Source: Dimorphilus gyrociliatus
Lineage: Eukaryota > Animalia > Annelida
Direction: 5' to 3'
DNA: 64,000 nucleotides
Assembly: GCA_904063045.1 (NCBI GenBank)
Contig: CAJFCJ010000014.1
Location: 558,001-622,000, forward strand
Below the pieces are notes generated by a model. The model ran no database searches. It was given only the letters and a program-made list of their open reading frames with translations, and was not told the origin of the DNA. Each line of letters begins with the position of its first letter. The stretch's first letter is position 1. This document shows positions 1 through 12,822 of the stretch, piece after piece. A program made the position numbers and the translations under genes.

Positions 1-708
1 ATAATAAATATATCTTATCCCTTTACCTGATATTACAGACATACTTGAACCAATAGCTTGAACAATTCTAGCTATTAATAAATATATAAATTTCCCGGCG
101 AAAGCAAAACCTAATGAACAAAAGACACCATTTTTATTCACACCACTATAAAATATATAAATATATTATTAATAGACCTAAAGTAGCTGCCACATTTCCG
201 AAACATCCAAAAACCATTGGCCATTTATGACCAACTCTAAAGAAAAATAACACCAAAACAAGAATTAAAAAACTTAGGTTCGCAGTTGAAATTTTATTTA
301 AATGGTAAAGAAGAAAAAAAGACTGACCTATCAACGAAAGGTCCAACGAAGAAATTAATAATCATTTCAACTCCAGGTTTGGCACCAATTATAATACCTC
401 CTTCGACGGTTGTGGCTAAGAAGGTATAATTAACAGACCCATCGACGACGAGCATGGAGGTATCGTTATGATGAATTCGGTAAAGGAGATCAGGAAGTAA
501 TGGTTCTATTTATAGATATTAATTAACTTAACGAAATGTTAATTTATTGATATTTTTCACCTAAAGTAGTCAACATGATTAATTCAATCATCATAGCAAT
601 AAATACAACAATTATTACTAAGAATTTTGACGTCCTCCAAGAACGTTTCTTTTGTGTTTTTTCACCCAAAAGGGGTTTTCTTTCGTTAATTTCTTCTCCT
701 TTATTCAT
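1..708 (-). CDS. SLC18-family (VMAT/VAChT-like) MFS vesicular amine transporter, divergent; 5' part only, runs off the window start
   Basis: Four exons joined in phase give MNKGEEINERKPLL...KFLVIIVFIAMMIELIMLTTL-EPLLPDLLY...GIIIGAKPGVEMIINFFVGPFVDR-VGHKWPMVFGCFGNVAATL-GFAFAGKFIYLLIARIVQAIGSSMSVISG. This tracks VMAT TM1-TM4 as I recall it ([57 protein letters not shown]). Confidence 0.75.
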
Positions 709-922
709 CTTCCTCACAGCTCTAACACCGAAATGAGTGACTTTAATACTACTCTCTAACGAGTACTTAAATATAATCTTTATTTCCGGTTTATAATAAT
801 AAATAAATATAAAGTAAAAACATTGGAAAAAAAAGATGGCAAACGATATACTTTATACAAAATTATAGATTTTATTCTTTCTTTTCTGTTTTTGTCTTTT
901 TATTGTGTAAAGTTTATCATTT

Positions 923-1946
923 TTATATCATAAAAGGTAAATCAACGTTCTTTTCGCCTGTTCCATAATAGATAGAACCGTAGCGACGAGTTTCCGGTAC
1001 GTGGAAGAAAACGTAACCTGGCCATAAAAGATTTTTAAGTATGGTCAAAGCGGATCCTCTGTCGAATTGAAGACTCCAACAACCTAGTTTTTGGACGTAT
1101 ATTAAATTGATTATTCTATGTATTTAGGTTATACCTAATGGGACATCTTCATCTATTGGATCCATAAAATCTACGCTCTTATCTAAATCAGCTTTCTGCA
1201 AAAGCGTCTTTTCCAATAATTTATATCCTTCTCTAAAATGCAAATAATTGCACAGTTTCGAGGATTCGGACACTGTTAAACCTAGTTAAAAGAATATATT
1301 TTGAGTAATATCTTACAAAATAACTTATACAACTATAAATTCTTACCGCTGAATGTTCTACTCTGATAAACAAGTCCGGTAGGCTCTTGAATATAGGCTC
1401 CTTTTGGAACTACTCTAGCTTCTTTGTCAATTTCGAAGATGACAGCTGCCAAACGATCTTCTTCTTTGATTGCTATGGTTTCAGGCTCTTCTTCCTCTTC
1501 GTCATCTGTCTTTGGAGGAGTGTACTCGAATTCGTAAGAAGGATCGCCTATAAATCTTCCTCTAATTAGCCTGGCACGTTTCATCATATCTTCAGTTGCT
1601 GGGGGCAGCAAAGCCCATCTACTGCAGTCCTTACTGTAATAGAGGGTTAATGTTTTAGTTTACAGTTTAAATAAAGTGATTTTTAACAGTTTTTTTTTTA
1701 TAAAAAAAAGTCAGCCTACCTATACCAAATTTTTCTTTCTGAAAATTCGTCTCTTTCTATTCCCTGTGCTATAAAATAGTCGTCTTTTATACCAAAAATC
1801 TTTCCCCAAAAATAAACACGCTGATATTTTCCATTATTTTTCAAAATACATAACGAAGTTTGAAGTGCAGCTTTTTGTTCTGGGCTAAGAACAACGCCAG
1901 CCGTTCCTAGATAGTCGACGTTCAAATTTAAGACGCCTGAATCCAT
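923..1946 (-). CDS. RSPH9: Radial spoke head protein 9 (motile cilia), multi-exon
   Basis: LSPEQKAALQTSL...VYFWGKIFGIKDDYFIAQG, LLPPATE...GRFIGDPSYEFE...IKEEDRL and C-terminal IYYGTGEKNVDLPFMI* match RSPH9. Confidence 0.95.
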
Positions 1947-2010
1947 CAGTATATTTTAGAATATGAAGAATCTTCCAAAAGATGCAAATGAAACAGATTA
2001 TAATTTACGA

Positions 2011-2023
2011 GTTGCTAAGGAAC
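2011..2023. promoter_or_regulatory. Candidate RFX X-box upstream of RSPH9
   Basis: GTTGCTAAGGAAC lies 65 bp upstream of the RSPH9 ATG, one mismatch from GTNRCN-N(0-3)-RGYAAC. RFX factors are established regulators of ciliary genes. Confidence 0.45.
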
Positions 2024-2170
2024 TGCAAAACTGGTATCAGTTCAAATAAAACTTTTTTCTTTTGTATTTAAATAGACTGGTTCTGGTGGAATTTTTGTTT
2101 TTCTTTTATAAAAGTTTCATTTTATAACAAATGAAGTTATAATGGTAATAAACAATGAAATAGCATAGTT

Positions 2171-3197
2171 TTATTGAAAACACATTTTATATACATTAAA
2201 CTTATGATTTATGCCTTCAAGAGTTTGTAATTTACAACAAGTATTTAAAGCTCCAGTTGACGAATCGAAAAAGTAATAAATATTCGATATTCGCGAATGT
2301 AAAAGAGCCATTGAACACATTGAACATGGCTCGTGACTTAAATAAATTGAACAATCTGTGCACAAATAAGACTCTGCTTCTAAATTATTTACAATTTCAC
2401 AATTTTCAGATGGCGGCCAAGCTCCTCCACCAGCCATATGGGCAATTGTATCAATTAAAGCCATACATATATGCTTTAAAGGATGTTCACTAGTTTTATT
2501 ACTAAATCCTTTAGTTAGTAATCTTTCCTTTTTATCTATGATGATTCCCGAAGGTTTCCTATGGGTAATATACATTTGTAGTACTTTTGTCATAATCTTT
2601 GAATGATACTCAATTTTCTCTTCAGCAACCGCATTTGAAAGGAACTTTTCAAGATCAATATTATGATGGAACGTTACAGGCCAATATTTCATATAAGCAT
2701 CGTATTGAACTTTCGTTTTTGGTTGATGTTTGGGAACTTTTTGTAATTTTGGAGCGTTAAATAGATTAATATCCAAATTAATATCATCTTTTAGAAATTT
2801 CTCTAGTTCATCAATGGATTTAACAATTTCTGTATCACATATAAAAATAGTTGCCGTACTTTTGCCACTTTTAACTCTTTTAAGATGTCTAAAGTTGGTT
2901 GATTGTAATTTTGTGTTTAACACTTTTGTAACTTCATTAATCTTTTTTCTCTCTTTAATTTCAGCTACAAAGACGTCAACTGTGTAAAATTTGAAAATTA
3001 TTTAGAATTTATATAAAGAGATCTTATTGTATTTTCATTAGTTGACTACCTAGTATTGGTTCAACTGATGTAAATGAATCGTCCACAATTGCCTTAACTT
3101 TAAATGCTTCCGTTTTCAATAGATCGTTATTTATATTCTCATTTTCATTATCCAATCTTGGTCTTTTCGGCTCTTCGCTGTCTCCTTGACTGTTCAT
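2171..3197 (-). CDS. ADAT3: tRNA adenosine-34 deaminase non-catalytic subunit ADAT3, 2 exons
   Basis: Exon 1 is [15 protein letters not shown]...VEPIL. Exon 2 contains [24 protein letters not shown] (the HxE glutamate is replaced, as in ADAT3), [27 protein letters not shown] and INHKFNVY. Confidence 0.9.
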
Positions 3198-3513
3198 CCG
3201 TTCTGGAATATTTGATTGCGAACGACTCTTCTTGTTTAGACACGTGAAATTGAGGGTGAGCGATATTAAAGGTTAACGTAGAATATTGCAGTAGAAATTG
3301 TCAATTTCATCAAAATACCATTAAATTATGGCTCAATCGTACAAGCGAATCAACATTTAATATGACTATGACTTTTTAAGTTTTATGTTTAATTGTTTAA
3401 TGAGAAATTTACAGGAAAGTTTCGAAAAGATCTGCGAGACTTTTATAGTATATCGTCTGCTAGTCAATAACACGTTTTATATGTAATCGTAAAAAAAACA
3501 TCTGTATTTAACA

Positions 3514-5304
3514 ATGCTTAAAATTCTTTGCTCAAGAATCAGTTGTCGTAATCATTTGGCATTAAATTGCTTGAATACAAGAACTTATGCCCAACAAGAA
3601 ACGATTATGAACGTCTTTGATAGACAAACTAAAAGAACACAGCGAAACAGGACTGCTCATATAAAAGATTATCAAGTATACGATTATATTAAAGAAGAGG
3701 TAATCTTTTAAACAAAGTTTTAGAACCGGGAGCAAATCATTTCTCCTTTTGCAGATTGGCTACAGAGTTGCCGATAGAATTTGCGATATTAAAAGGTAAT
3801 GTCAAGTCTTAGCAGTAGGCCTATGATAAAAAAAATAATTTTTTTCCAGGAAATTTAATGTAGCAGTCGATTTAGGCTGCGGCAGAGGTCATGTTAGTAA
3901 GCACATATTGGGAGATACAGTTGGAACATTATTGCAAACTGATTTAGCCGAAGATATCCTAGTAATGATAAATTAAATAGTTTATATTTCTTATTTATTT
4001 TACGCTATCTTATTTTGACATAATAAAAAAATAGAGACAAGCCGAAATATCACCAGAAGTTCCAACTTATAAAATTCACATGGATGAGGAGTTTTTACCC
4101 TTTCCATCACAAAGTTTAGACTTAGTTGTATCAAGCTTAAGGTACATTAAGTAGCTTAACATTCTCGTTGTAAGTTTGAACCTTAATCATTGTTTTCATT
4201 GTTACATAATGAAAAACACAGTCTACATTGGGTCAATGATCTTCCTGGGACCTTTAAACAGGTAATAGATAGCATATACAAATATATAGTTTATTAGGAT
4301 AACCTACTAATATATATTTTGTGTACATTTCTACAAATAGATATATTCATCCTTAAAAAATGATGGTTGCCTACTGGGTGCTCTATTTGGCGGTGATACA
4401 CTCTTTGAATTAAGGGTAGCACTACAATTAGCAGAAACTGAGAGATTAGGTGTAAGTTATTTTTTCTATTTTATTCTTTAAAAAGAAAGAACAAAATGTC
4501 AATCAGTACAAAAGCACGAAAGTGTTAAAATAAAAAAGAAAGAGAGCTATATATATAGACAAATTATATTTATAGAATAAAGAAGCTACTAGTTCAACTC
4601 TTCTTTTTTTACATACTTCTAGGGTTTTGCTCCCCACGTTTCCCCTTTTACCGATGTAAGAGATATGGGTAATCTATTATCTAGGGGTGGATTTGTAATG
4701 TTAACAATAGTAAGTACTTTTTTAAAGCGGTAAATAGATTAACGGCAGAAAGTAATCCTCTACCAAAGCAATATATATCATATACTGTATTATTAATAGG
4801 TTCTTTATACACTATTTAATAGGATATTGATGAAATAGTTATAAACTATCCATCTATGTTTGAATTAATTGAAGATTTAAGAGGAATGGGAGAAACTAAT
4901 TGTGCCTGGTCAAGGAAACCAAAGCTATTTAGATCAACTTTGGAAGCTGCTTCAGCCATTTATAAAGGTGGATTTAATCATAATGTATAATTCTCTTATG
5001 TTAATACTTTTATCCTATTAAAAAAGATATGTATGGCAACGAAGATGGAAGTATACCTGCAACGTTTCAAATTTTAAATTTTATTGGATGGAAACCTGAT
5101 AAATCGCAAGCTAAACCCGCTAAAAGGGGTTCCGGGCAGGTTTCTCTTAAAGACATTGACAAATTAGACTCGATAAAGTCTCAAATTGATAATATAAAAA
5201 ATATTACTGGTTCGGACGATAAATCAGCTTTACACCTTGAAGAACAACTGACAAAATTACGTCAAGCTACTATCGAAGATGGACATGGAAATAAAAAAAA
5301 TTAA
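3514..5304 (+). CDS. NDUFAF5: Mitochondrial complex I assembly factor / arginine hydroxylase NDUFAF5, multi-exon
   Basis: [103 protein letters not shown] and AKRGS. Confidence 0.95.
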
Positions 5305-5548
5305 CACTTTATTAAAGAATCTAGGATCTTTTATTTAATGTATAAATAATTTTTTTAGACGGTTAGGCCGAAGATAAAACCAGGGATAATTTCACGAAAA
5401 AATTTTCTATAAATAGTTATATTACTATAGCAACGGTTATAATTTTTATTGCCAAAAATAAATTTTGTACTTAGTTGTGCCTTTGAGAATTGTAGTCTCA
5501 TCAGAATTCGCTAGTCTTTTTTTTGTCGCATATCTCTGAACTAGGACG

Positions 5549-5690
5549 CAAGGTCAAGGCCATTGCTGAGCCAATTGCGGTCATGCTGCTAAAAATAGGG
5601 CACAGCTAAAAGGTCATGTGGGCGAGAGGGTACGCGTCACTCGATTTCTACGTCATAACGTCATATAACTCAATCGGTATCACGTCTCTT
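5549..5690 (+). promoter_or_regulatory. CpG-enriched proximal promoter of the zinc-finger gene
   Basis: Local CpG enrichment with AGGTCAAGGCCA (5551-5562), CCAAT, a second AGGTCA, ACGCGT and two ACGTCAT repeats. A 3' splice-site-like TTTTGCAG ends 15 nt before the ATG. Function is inferred only. Confidence 0.35.
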
Positions 5691-5837
5691 CCTCGAACTT
5701 GTTAGACATTTAGTGGATTATCAAAGGATTGAACGACAGCGGTCAGTAAACAAAATATCTGTTGTCCTTGGCACGCATGCATTTTTAATGTTGTTGCTTT
5801 TTTACCAAAAACATTTTTGCAGTGTTTGTGAATAAAT

Positions 5838-7505
5838 ATGCAGCTCGGCTCGGAGGAGGTAAACGGTATGGAAACAACCGACGATGAGCCTAGAGGTGCC
5901 CGAAGGAGGAAACGTCTCCCTGAAAGATATGATAAATCTCAAATGGATGACCGTTGTTGTATGTGTGGCTCAATTTTCGATGATCTCACTTCTTTCGTTC
6001 ATTTGTCTGACGAGGATCTTAGTAAAATCAATGATACTCTTGATTCATTCGACCTTCGATGGAATCGCTCGTGTCTTCCATGTTGGAATGAGGTACAAAT
6101 TATCCTGAATGGACAAGAAGCTCTCAAACGTCTAGAGAAAAGGAAAAACGACAATCGCGATAGTCCGTCAGAACGCCAAAGAAATTCTCCCGTCAAAAAG
6201 CCAAAAGTCTCGTCGACATCTTCTAGTTTGGATAGAAGTGATTCAAGCGGAATGATGGCCTCTGCAACTCTTGCCGCTTTAGCCAACCTTCAAAGGGAAC
6301 AAGAGCAGCAACGTACTCCACAGTCAGAAATGCTTTCGCAAAGAATAACATCAAAAACTGATGATCGAGAGTTATCAGCCTCCGTTCCTAGACTTAAAGC
6401 CCTTCTAGAAAGGAGAATTTCCAATGAAAAGTCAACAACGAAAGACCCATCACCGACCCTTAGAGCGGCTTTATCGTCAGCTCCAAATTCGCCGACATCT
6501 GTACGTATTAAAGAGGAACCTGAGGAACTGCCGGAAGTTACTTCCGCCAGCTCCCTCAGCCATAATCCTCCTCCTAATGTTACAAATCCCTTGCTTTCTT
6601 TACTTCTTCAAAGGAAGCCTGGAGAAGCTGAGTCGAGACCGAATCTAAAAGAAGTGCTTGATAATATTGGCACAGTTAGGGGTAGATCAGCAACTTGGGG
6701 ACCCGAAAATCGGCTACAATACGCATGTGAGCATTGTAGTCTTCGCTTACAAACTCAATCAGCTTTAGCCCTACACAAGGCCTGCCATATTACTGGTTCT
6801 ACCCAGCTGCAATGTCCCATTTGCAATTGGATGCACAATAAACTCGCACCGCAATGGCGCATAATGCAATCGCATCTAGTCAAGGAACACTCCATTCCGC
6901 GCCATACGTTCAATCATTTTCCCTGCCCCGATTGTGGAACAGTCTTAGCTTCCTCGGCCGAACTTACCACTCATGCTCGAGTTCACGAGAGAATGAAACC
7001 GAATCTCTTCGATGTTCATTGTCCGATCTGCGAACTAAGAATGGTGAGCGATGAAGAGGCTCAAGCACATATTCTGTGTCATACATCGGAGCGTTCAAAG
7101 AAAGTGTTCCGATGTCCTCACTGTCAATGGGAACATCCGTCTCAGCCGGGCTCTTGGCGTTATATGAGAAGTCATTTACTAAGCGAACACCAAGACATTT
7201 ACGTACGTCAAGATTTCTCCGGTTTCCCATGTTCGATTTGCGATTCATGTTCGTTCTTAACTAGTGAAGGTCGTGACCTTCACGAAAAAATGCACGATGG
7301 AGATGCCTACAAGTGTGTAGTATGTACAACAAGAATACCAAGATATCCTACAGAAGAACTATTAGGACAGACAACATGGCTGGTAATGCAAAAGCATTAT
7401 CTGTGTAATCATTCGGAGAACAAGCATGTTCGAAAGATTGACGAGAATCTTATAAATAAGGCTATTGAGAATGTTATGATAGAAATTAGTCCAAAAACTT
7501 CTTAA
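5838..7505 (+). CDS. C2H2 zinc-finger transcription factor (7 fingers) with N-terminal CxxC...CxxC (ZAD-like) module; coding region is a single exon, 555 aa
   Basis: Uninterrupted ORF containing CEHC..H..H, CPIC..HLVKEH, CPDC..HARVH, CPIC..HILCH, CPHC..HLLSEH, CSIC..HEKMH and CVVC..HYLCNH, plus N-terminal CMC...CLPC. Confidence 0.85.
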   Translation: MQLGSEEVNGMETTDDEPRGARRRKRLPERYDKSQMDDRCCMCGSIFDDLTSFVHLSDEDLSKINDTLDSFDLRWNRSCLPCWNEVQIILNGQEALKRLEKRKNDNRDSPSERQRNSPVKKPKVSSTSSSLDRSDSSGMMASATLAALANLQREQEQQRTPQSEMLSQRITSKTDDRELSASVPRLKALLERRISNEKSTTKDPSPTLRAALSSAPNSPTSVRIKEEPEELPEVTSASSLSHNPPPNVTNPLLSLLLQRKPGEAESRPNLKEVLDNIGTVRGRSATWGPENRLQYACEHCSLRLQTQSALALHKACHITGSTQLQCPICNWMHNKLAPQWRIMQSHLVKEHSIPRHTFNHFPCPDCGTVLASSAELTTHARVHERMKPNLFDVHCPICELRMVSDEEAQAHILCHTSERSKKVFRCPHCQWEHPSQPGSWRYMRSHLLSEHQDIYVRQDFSGFPCSICDSCSFLTSEGRDLHEKMHDGDAYKCVVCTTRIPRYPTEELLGQTTWLVMQKHYLCNHSENKHVRKIDENLINKAIENVMIEISPKTS

Positions 7506-7669
7506 TTGTTTATTTATTTGTAATATTTTATTTTGAATGTTAAAAGAAGAAAAATGCCATCTAATTTATAATCTATTTAGCTGTTGCAGCTGCCTGTTGG
7601 AAAAATTTCAAAATATAGTAAAATAATAAAAATAAAAAACGCTTCTTTATAAGAATCGTAATAAATTAT

Positions 7670-9414
<1,745 letters not shown>

Positions 9415-9554
9415 TTTAAATCTCTAAAAAAGTTGCGTTAATTTGTAAGTAAAATCCAATTTTGATCAGCTGTTGAGATGATTCTACGAGTTAGAACAAA
9501 ACCAGGCAAAAACTTGAAAGCGCGTTATATTTTAATATTTTGATACCAGTTTTT

Positions 9555-10432
9555 ATGGCGGCAGATTTTGAAAGTTATTTCACAGAAATCGTATATCAAA
9601 TTGAAATAGCTAGTGTAAGAGATAAATATATTGATTCCGATTATTCTACTCAATGCTATTTGATAGCAACATTTTCGATATTAAATAGGTGTTACATTGA
9701 CGCACAATTTTATAAGGTAAATATTCGTGAAACAAACCCTTCTTCTACCTTAGTACCATTGAAACGGATATCCGGTCGGCTTTTAGATGTAAAGAGAACG
9801 ATCCTGATATAATAAATGACATCATTCAACGATAAACATTAAATTTAAATTTTTTATTTCAAATATTTAAGAACGAACTAGCAAGAAAGATAAAACGAAT
9901 TTAAGAAAATTGTAATAAACATCTGAAAATCATTATAAAATGTGCAACTCCGAACCAGAAAATATTGTTACTATACGGCTTAATCGAGGCAATCAAGGTA
10001 TGTATCACTGACGTTTTGCAATACATAAATAATAAATATTCGCGATTAGGCCTTGGATTCAATATAAGAGGAGGATCAGATACTCCGCATGTTAATGGCG
10101 ACACCGGTATTTTTGTAACCAAGATCAGAGAAAGCGGAGCCGCATGGGAGGATGGTCGACTAAAAGAGGGTGATAAAATTGTAGAAATAAATGGGAAAAG
10201 TTTAAGGAATTTAACACACGGCCAAGCAGTTAATATATTTATAAACGCAGGCGAAGTAGTTGAAATGAAAGTAGTGCAGGGTGCTGAAGCAAAAATTATT
10301 GAAGAATATCAAAAAGGACGAAGAGGGGAAAATGGTGGAAGCGGCATTTTACTTCCAGCTCTAATAGGAGTAGGAGTTGCTGTTATTTTAGCAACTGCTA
10401 CTTTTGTTTTTCTGAAGAAAAAAAAGTCATAA
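9555..10432 (+). CDS. SYNJ2BP: Synaptojanin-2-binding protein / OMP25 (PDZ domain plus C-terminal tail anchor); start codon uncertain
   Basis: A phase-1 splice joins ...LVPLKRIS to GLGFNIRGGSD...GIFVTKIRESGAAWEDGRLKEGDKIVEING, followed by hydrophobic ILLPALIGVGVAVILATATFVFL and KKKKS*. Confidence 0.85.
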
Positions 10433-10554
10433 TGTTTTTTCTGTATTAAATTAGCTACAGAGAAGCTGACGACCAACTACTCAAACGAATGATGATAATA
10501 ATAATAATAATACGATACTGCAAATATGAAATAAATTTTTGTTGAACTCTAAAG

Positions 10555-11878
10555 TCATTTTATTCCCAACCGGCTGAAGACCCCAGCTTGTGTTAGTCCC
10601 GCTTTTTTTGACCCTAATCTTGCTTTCACGGCACTTTTTTTAACGAGACTAGGTTTGTCGGATAACTTTTTAATCCCTATTTAGGAGAAAATGGACAAAT
10701 TTTAATTAGCTGTCAATACAGAAATAATCAAAAATAAAACAATAACCAGTTATTGTCGATTTTGTTGTGCTAGGACCCGATATAGTTCGTCTCACTCTTT
10801 TGGAGGGTGTTGTTGACGAAGCCGGTGCTATAACCGGCTTTACTCCTAATCTTGTTCGAACAGGAACGTTGATCTTATCACTTTTCAGCGTTCCTTCTTC
10901 GGATTCATCTGATTTAGTGGACGATTGTGGTTTATTACCTTTCGTTCCCAGTCGTCCGAACACCGACGATTGGCCTGCCAAAGCATCAACTTTGCCTTTT
11001 GAGAAATCACCTAAACCCGTAATCGTCACTCGAGGTTCAGCAACTTTTTTCGATTGCGAACTATGTACGCACAAAGATATACAGCTATCTATATTTGTAA
11101 ATAAAAAGAAAGAAGATATCGTGTATTACGTAATTTGTTATTTGAAAACGATAAAAAAAAATACACTTACCATCACCAATTTTTTCTTTGGATAGAATTT
11201 TTTTTGTTAGAGCTGTTGTTCCTTTGGGTTTTATCACTGTATAAGCTCCTTCGTCTGCTGGAACCTTTCTAATCTTCGTGGAGAGGGGAAAATCATCATC
11301 TTCGATATTTGACAAGTGAACAGCTATAATATTAAATTAAACAAGAAAAATTGTTTAATGATTTTATCTCTTATTTGTAAAATTAGTAAATATAACCTTT
11401 TGGTGGATCATCTGAAACTAATCTTCCTAATCTCTCCGATATAGATGTTTTGGTGTTTGTTTTATTATTACCTCCCAATCTATCGGACAATGCTAATTTC
11501 TTGTTTTTCTCTACTGGCTTCTTAACGGTTGTCGTTTTGCTTTCGGGAACTCCAAACCCCACCTTCTTTAATGATACAAGCTTACTTCCATCCCCTTCAA
11601 GTACTTTTTCTCTAGCAGACTATACAAAAACATTAAATTATTTTCCGACAAACTAATTTTAACCTTACTTCAGAATGAACTTCCTTAGCATGTCTGACTA
11701 TCGAAATAACGTCTCCTATGAGAGTTACACCTAAACTATTTAAAATTTCTTTATTTAAATCCATTAGCATATCTTTCTTAATTCTATGCTCCGTAAACAT
11801 AACTGCGTAATTCTTTGCTTCTTTGCCTGGTATTCCTGCATCCTTAAAAAAATTTAACCAAAATGACGACGTTGCCAT
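10555..11878 (-). CDS. C19orf47: C19orf47 homolog (SAM-like N-terminal domain, basic low-complexity tail), multi-exon
   Basis: MATSSFWLNFFKDAGIPGKEAKNYAVMFTEHRIKKDMLMDLNKEILNSLGVTLIGDVISIVRHAKEVH closely matches the C19orf47 N-terminus. Repeated (V)FxRLG motifs occur in the tail, which ends GVFSRLGIK*. Confidence 0.88.
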
Positions 11879-12822
11879 CCCGATTAATCGATTCTTCCTT
11901 GGGATAATAACTAACAGCAAAACTTTTCCAGATATTCTTTTTAATCCAACCTATGTGTAGGGTAGGTATGTCATAAATCTATTATGTAACGTTTATTCGT
12001 TCAAAATCTTCGACAAAAACGCCCAAAATGACAAAAATTAGGGAAATTTAGCATAACAAAAATACCGTCGAAATGAAACGCCGGAATTAAGGTGAATACT
12101 TCGTGGGCGATAATAAGGCCTATTAAAAACTGGTAACGAAACAAATAGCGGTTTGTTCAAATAAATATGAAGGAAAAGAGACTTTATCGCAGTTGAGAAT
12201 CACAAAAAGTTTTAAAAGTGAAAAGAAATTTTATAAAACTCCTATCATATTCAATAAACATCAGAAAATATAGTGAAAGAGTCAGAGGAACTGACATTCT
12301 TTATTAATTCACGCATGGGCAAATTCTAAAAGAGGACAATATTTTACTGTATAGAGAATACTTTAATACTGTGTATTTTAGCATAAATAATATTTCAAGG
12401 GAATTGAATAAAGGTTTTTCTGATTATAAAAGAATGATAAGTAAGGCCATCAACATCTATTTCTCGCACTCTATATTTATAGAGGCAAGAGTATACTTTG
12501 CTTGTAAGGTGCGTAATAGCTCTGTTATGAGTTAGCATAATGATATAGAAAATAGAAAGCGAAGAAGATTTACTTTAGAATGAAAATTCTGCAGAAAACT
12601 GAAATTTTCTTGAATTTACTAAGACATATACTGTATATATATAGTATATTTATATATACGTATATATATACATAGGTTTGTATGTATGCCAACACGTGTA
12701 TAATATGAAAGCAGTAAAAATACGTTGTATTCAATAATAAGCATCTGTCACACCACGTGCCAGAATTGAAGGAATAATGAAATAACCTCATAACATATAT
12801 TGGAAGGAATAGAGCTTGAACA

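Noticed and set aside
5470-5505. CTGATGAG on the minus strand as a hammerhead ribozyme core
   Set aside because: There is no stem II followed by GAAA and no matching cleavage-site helices.
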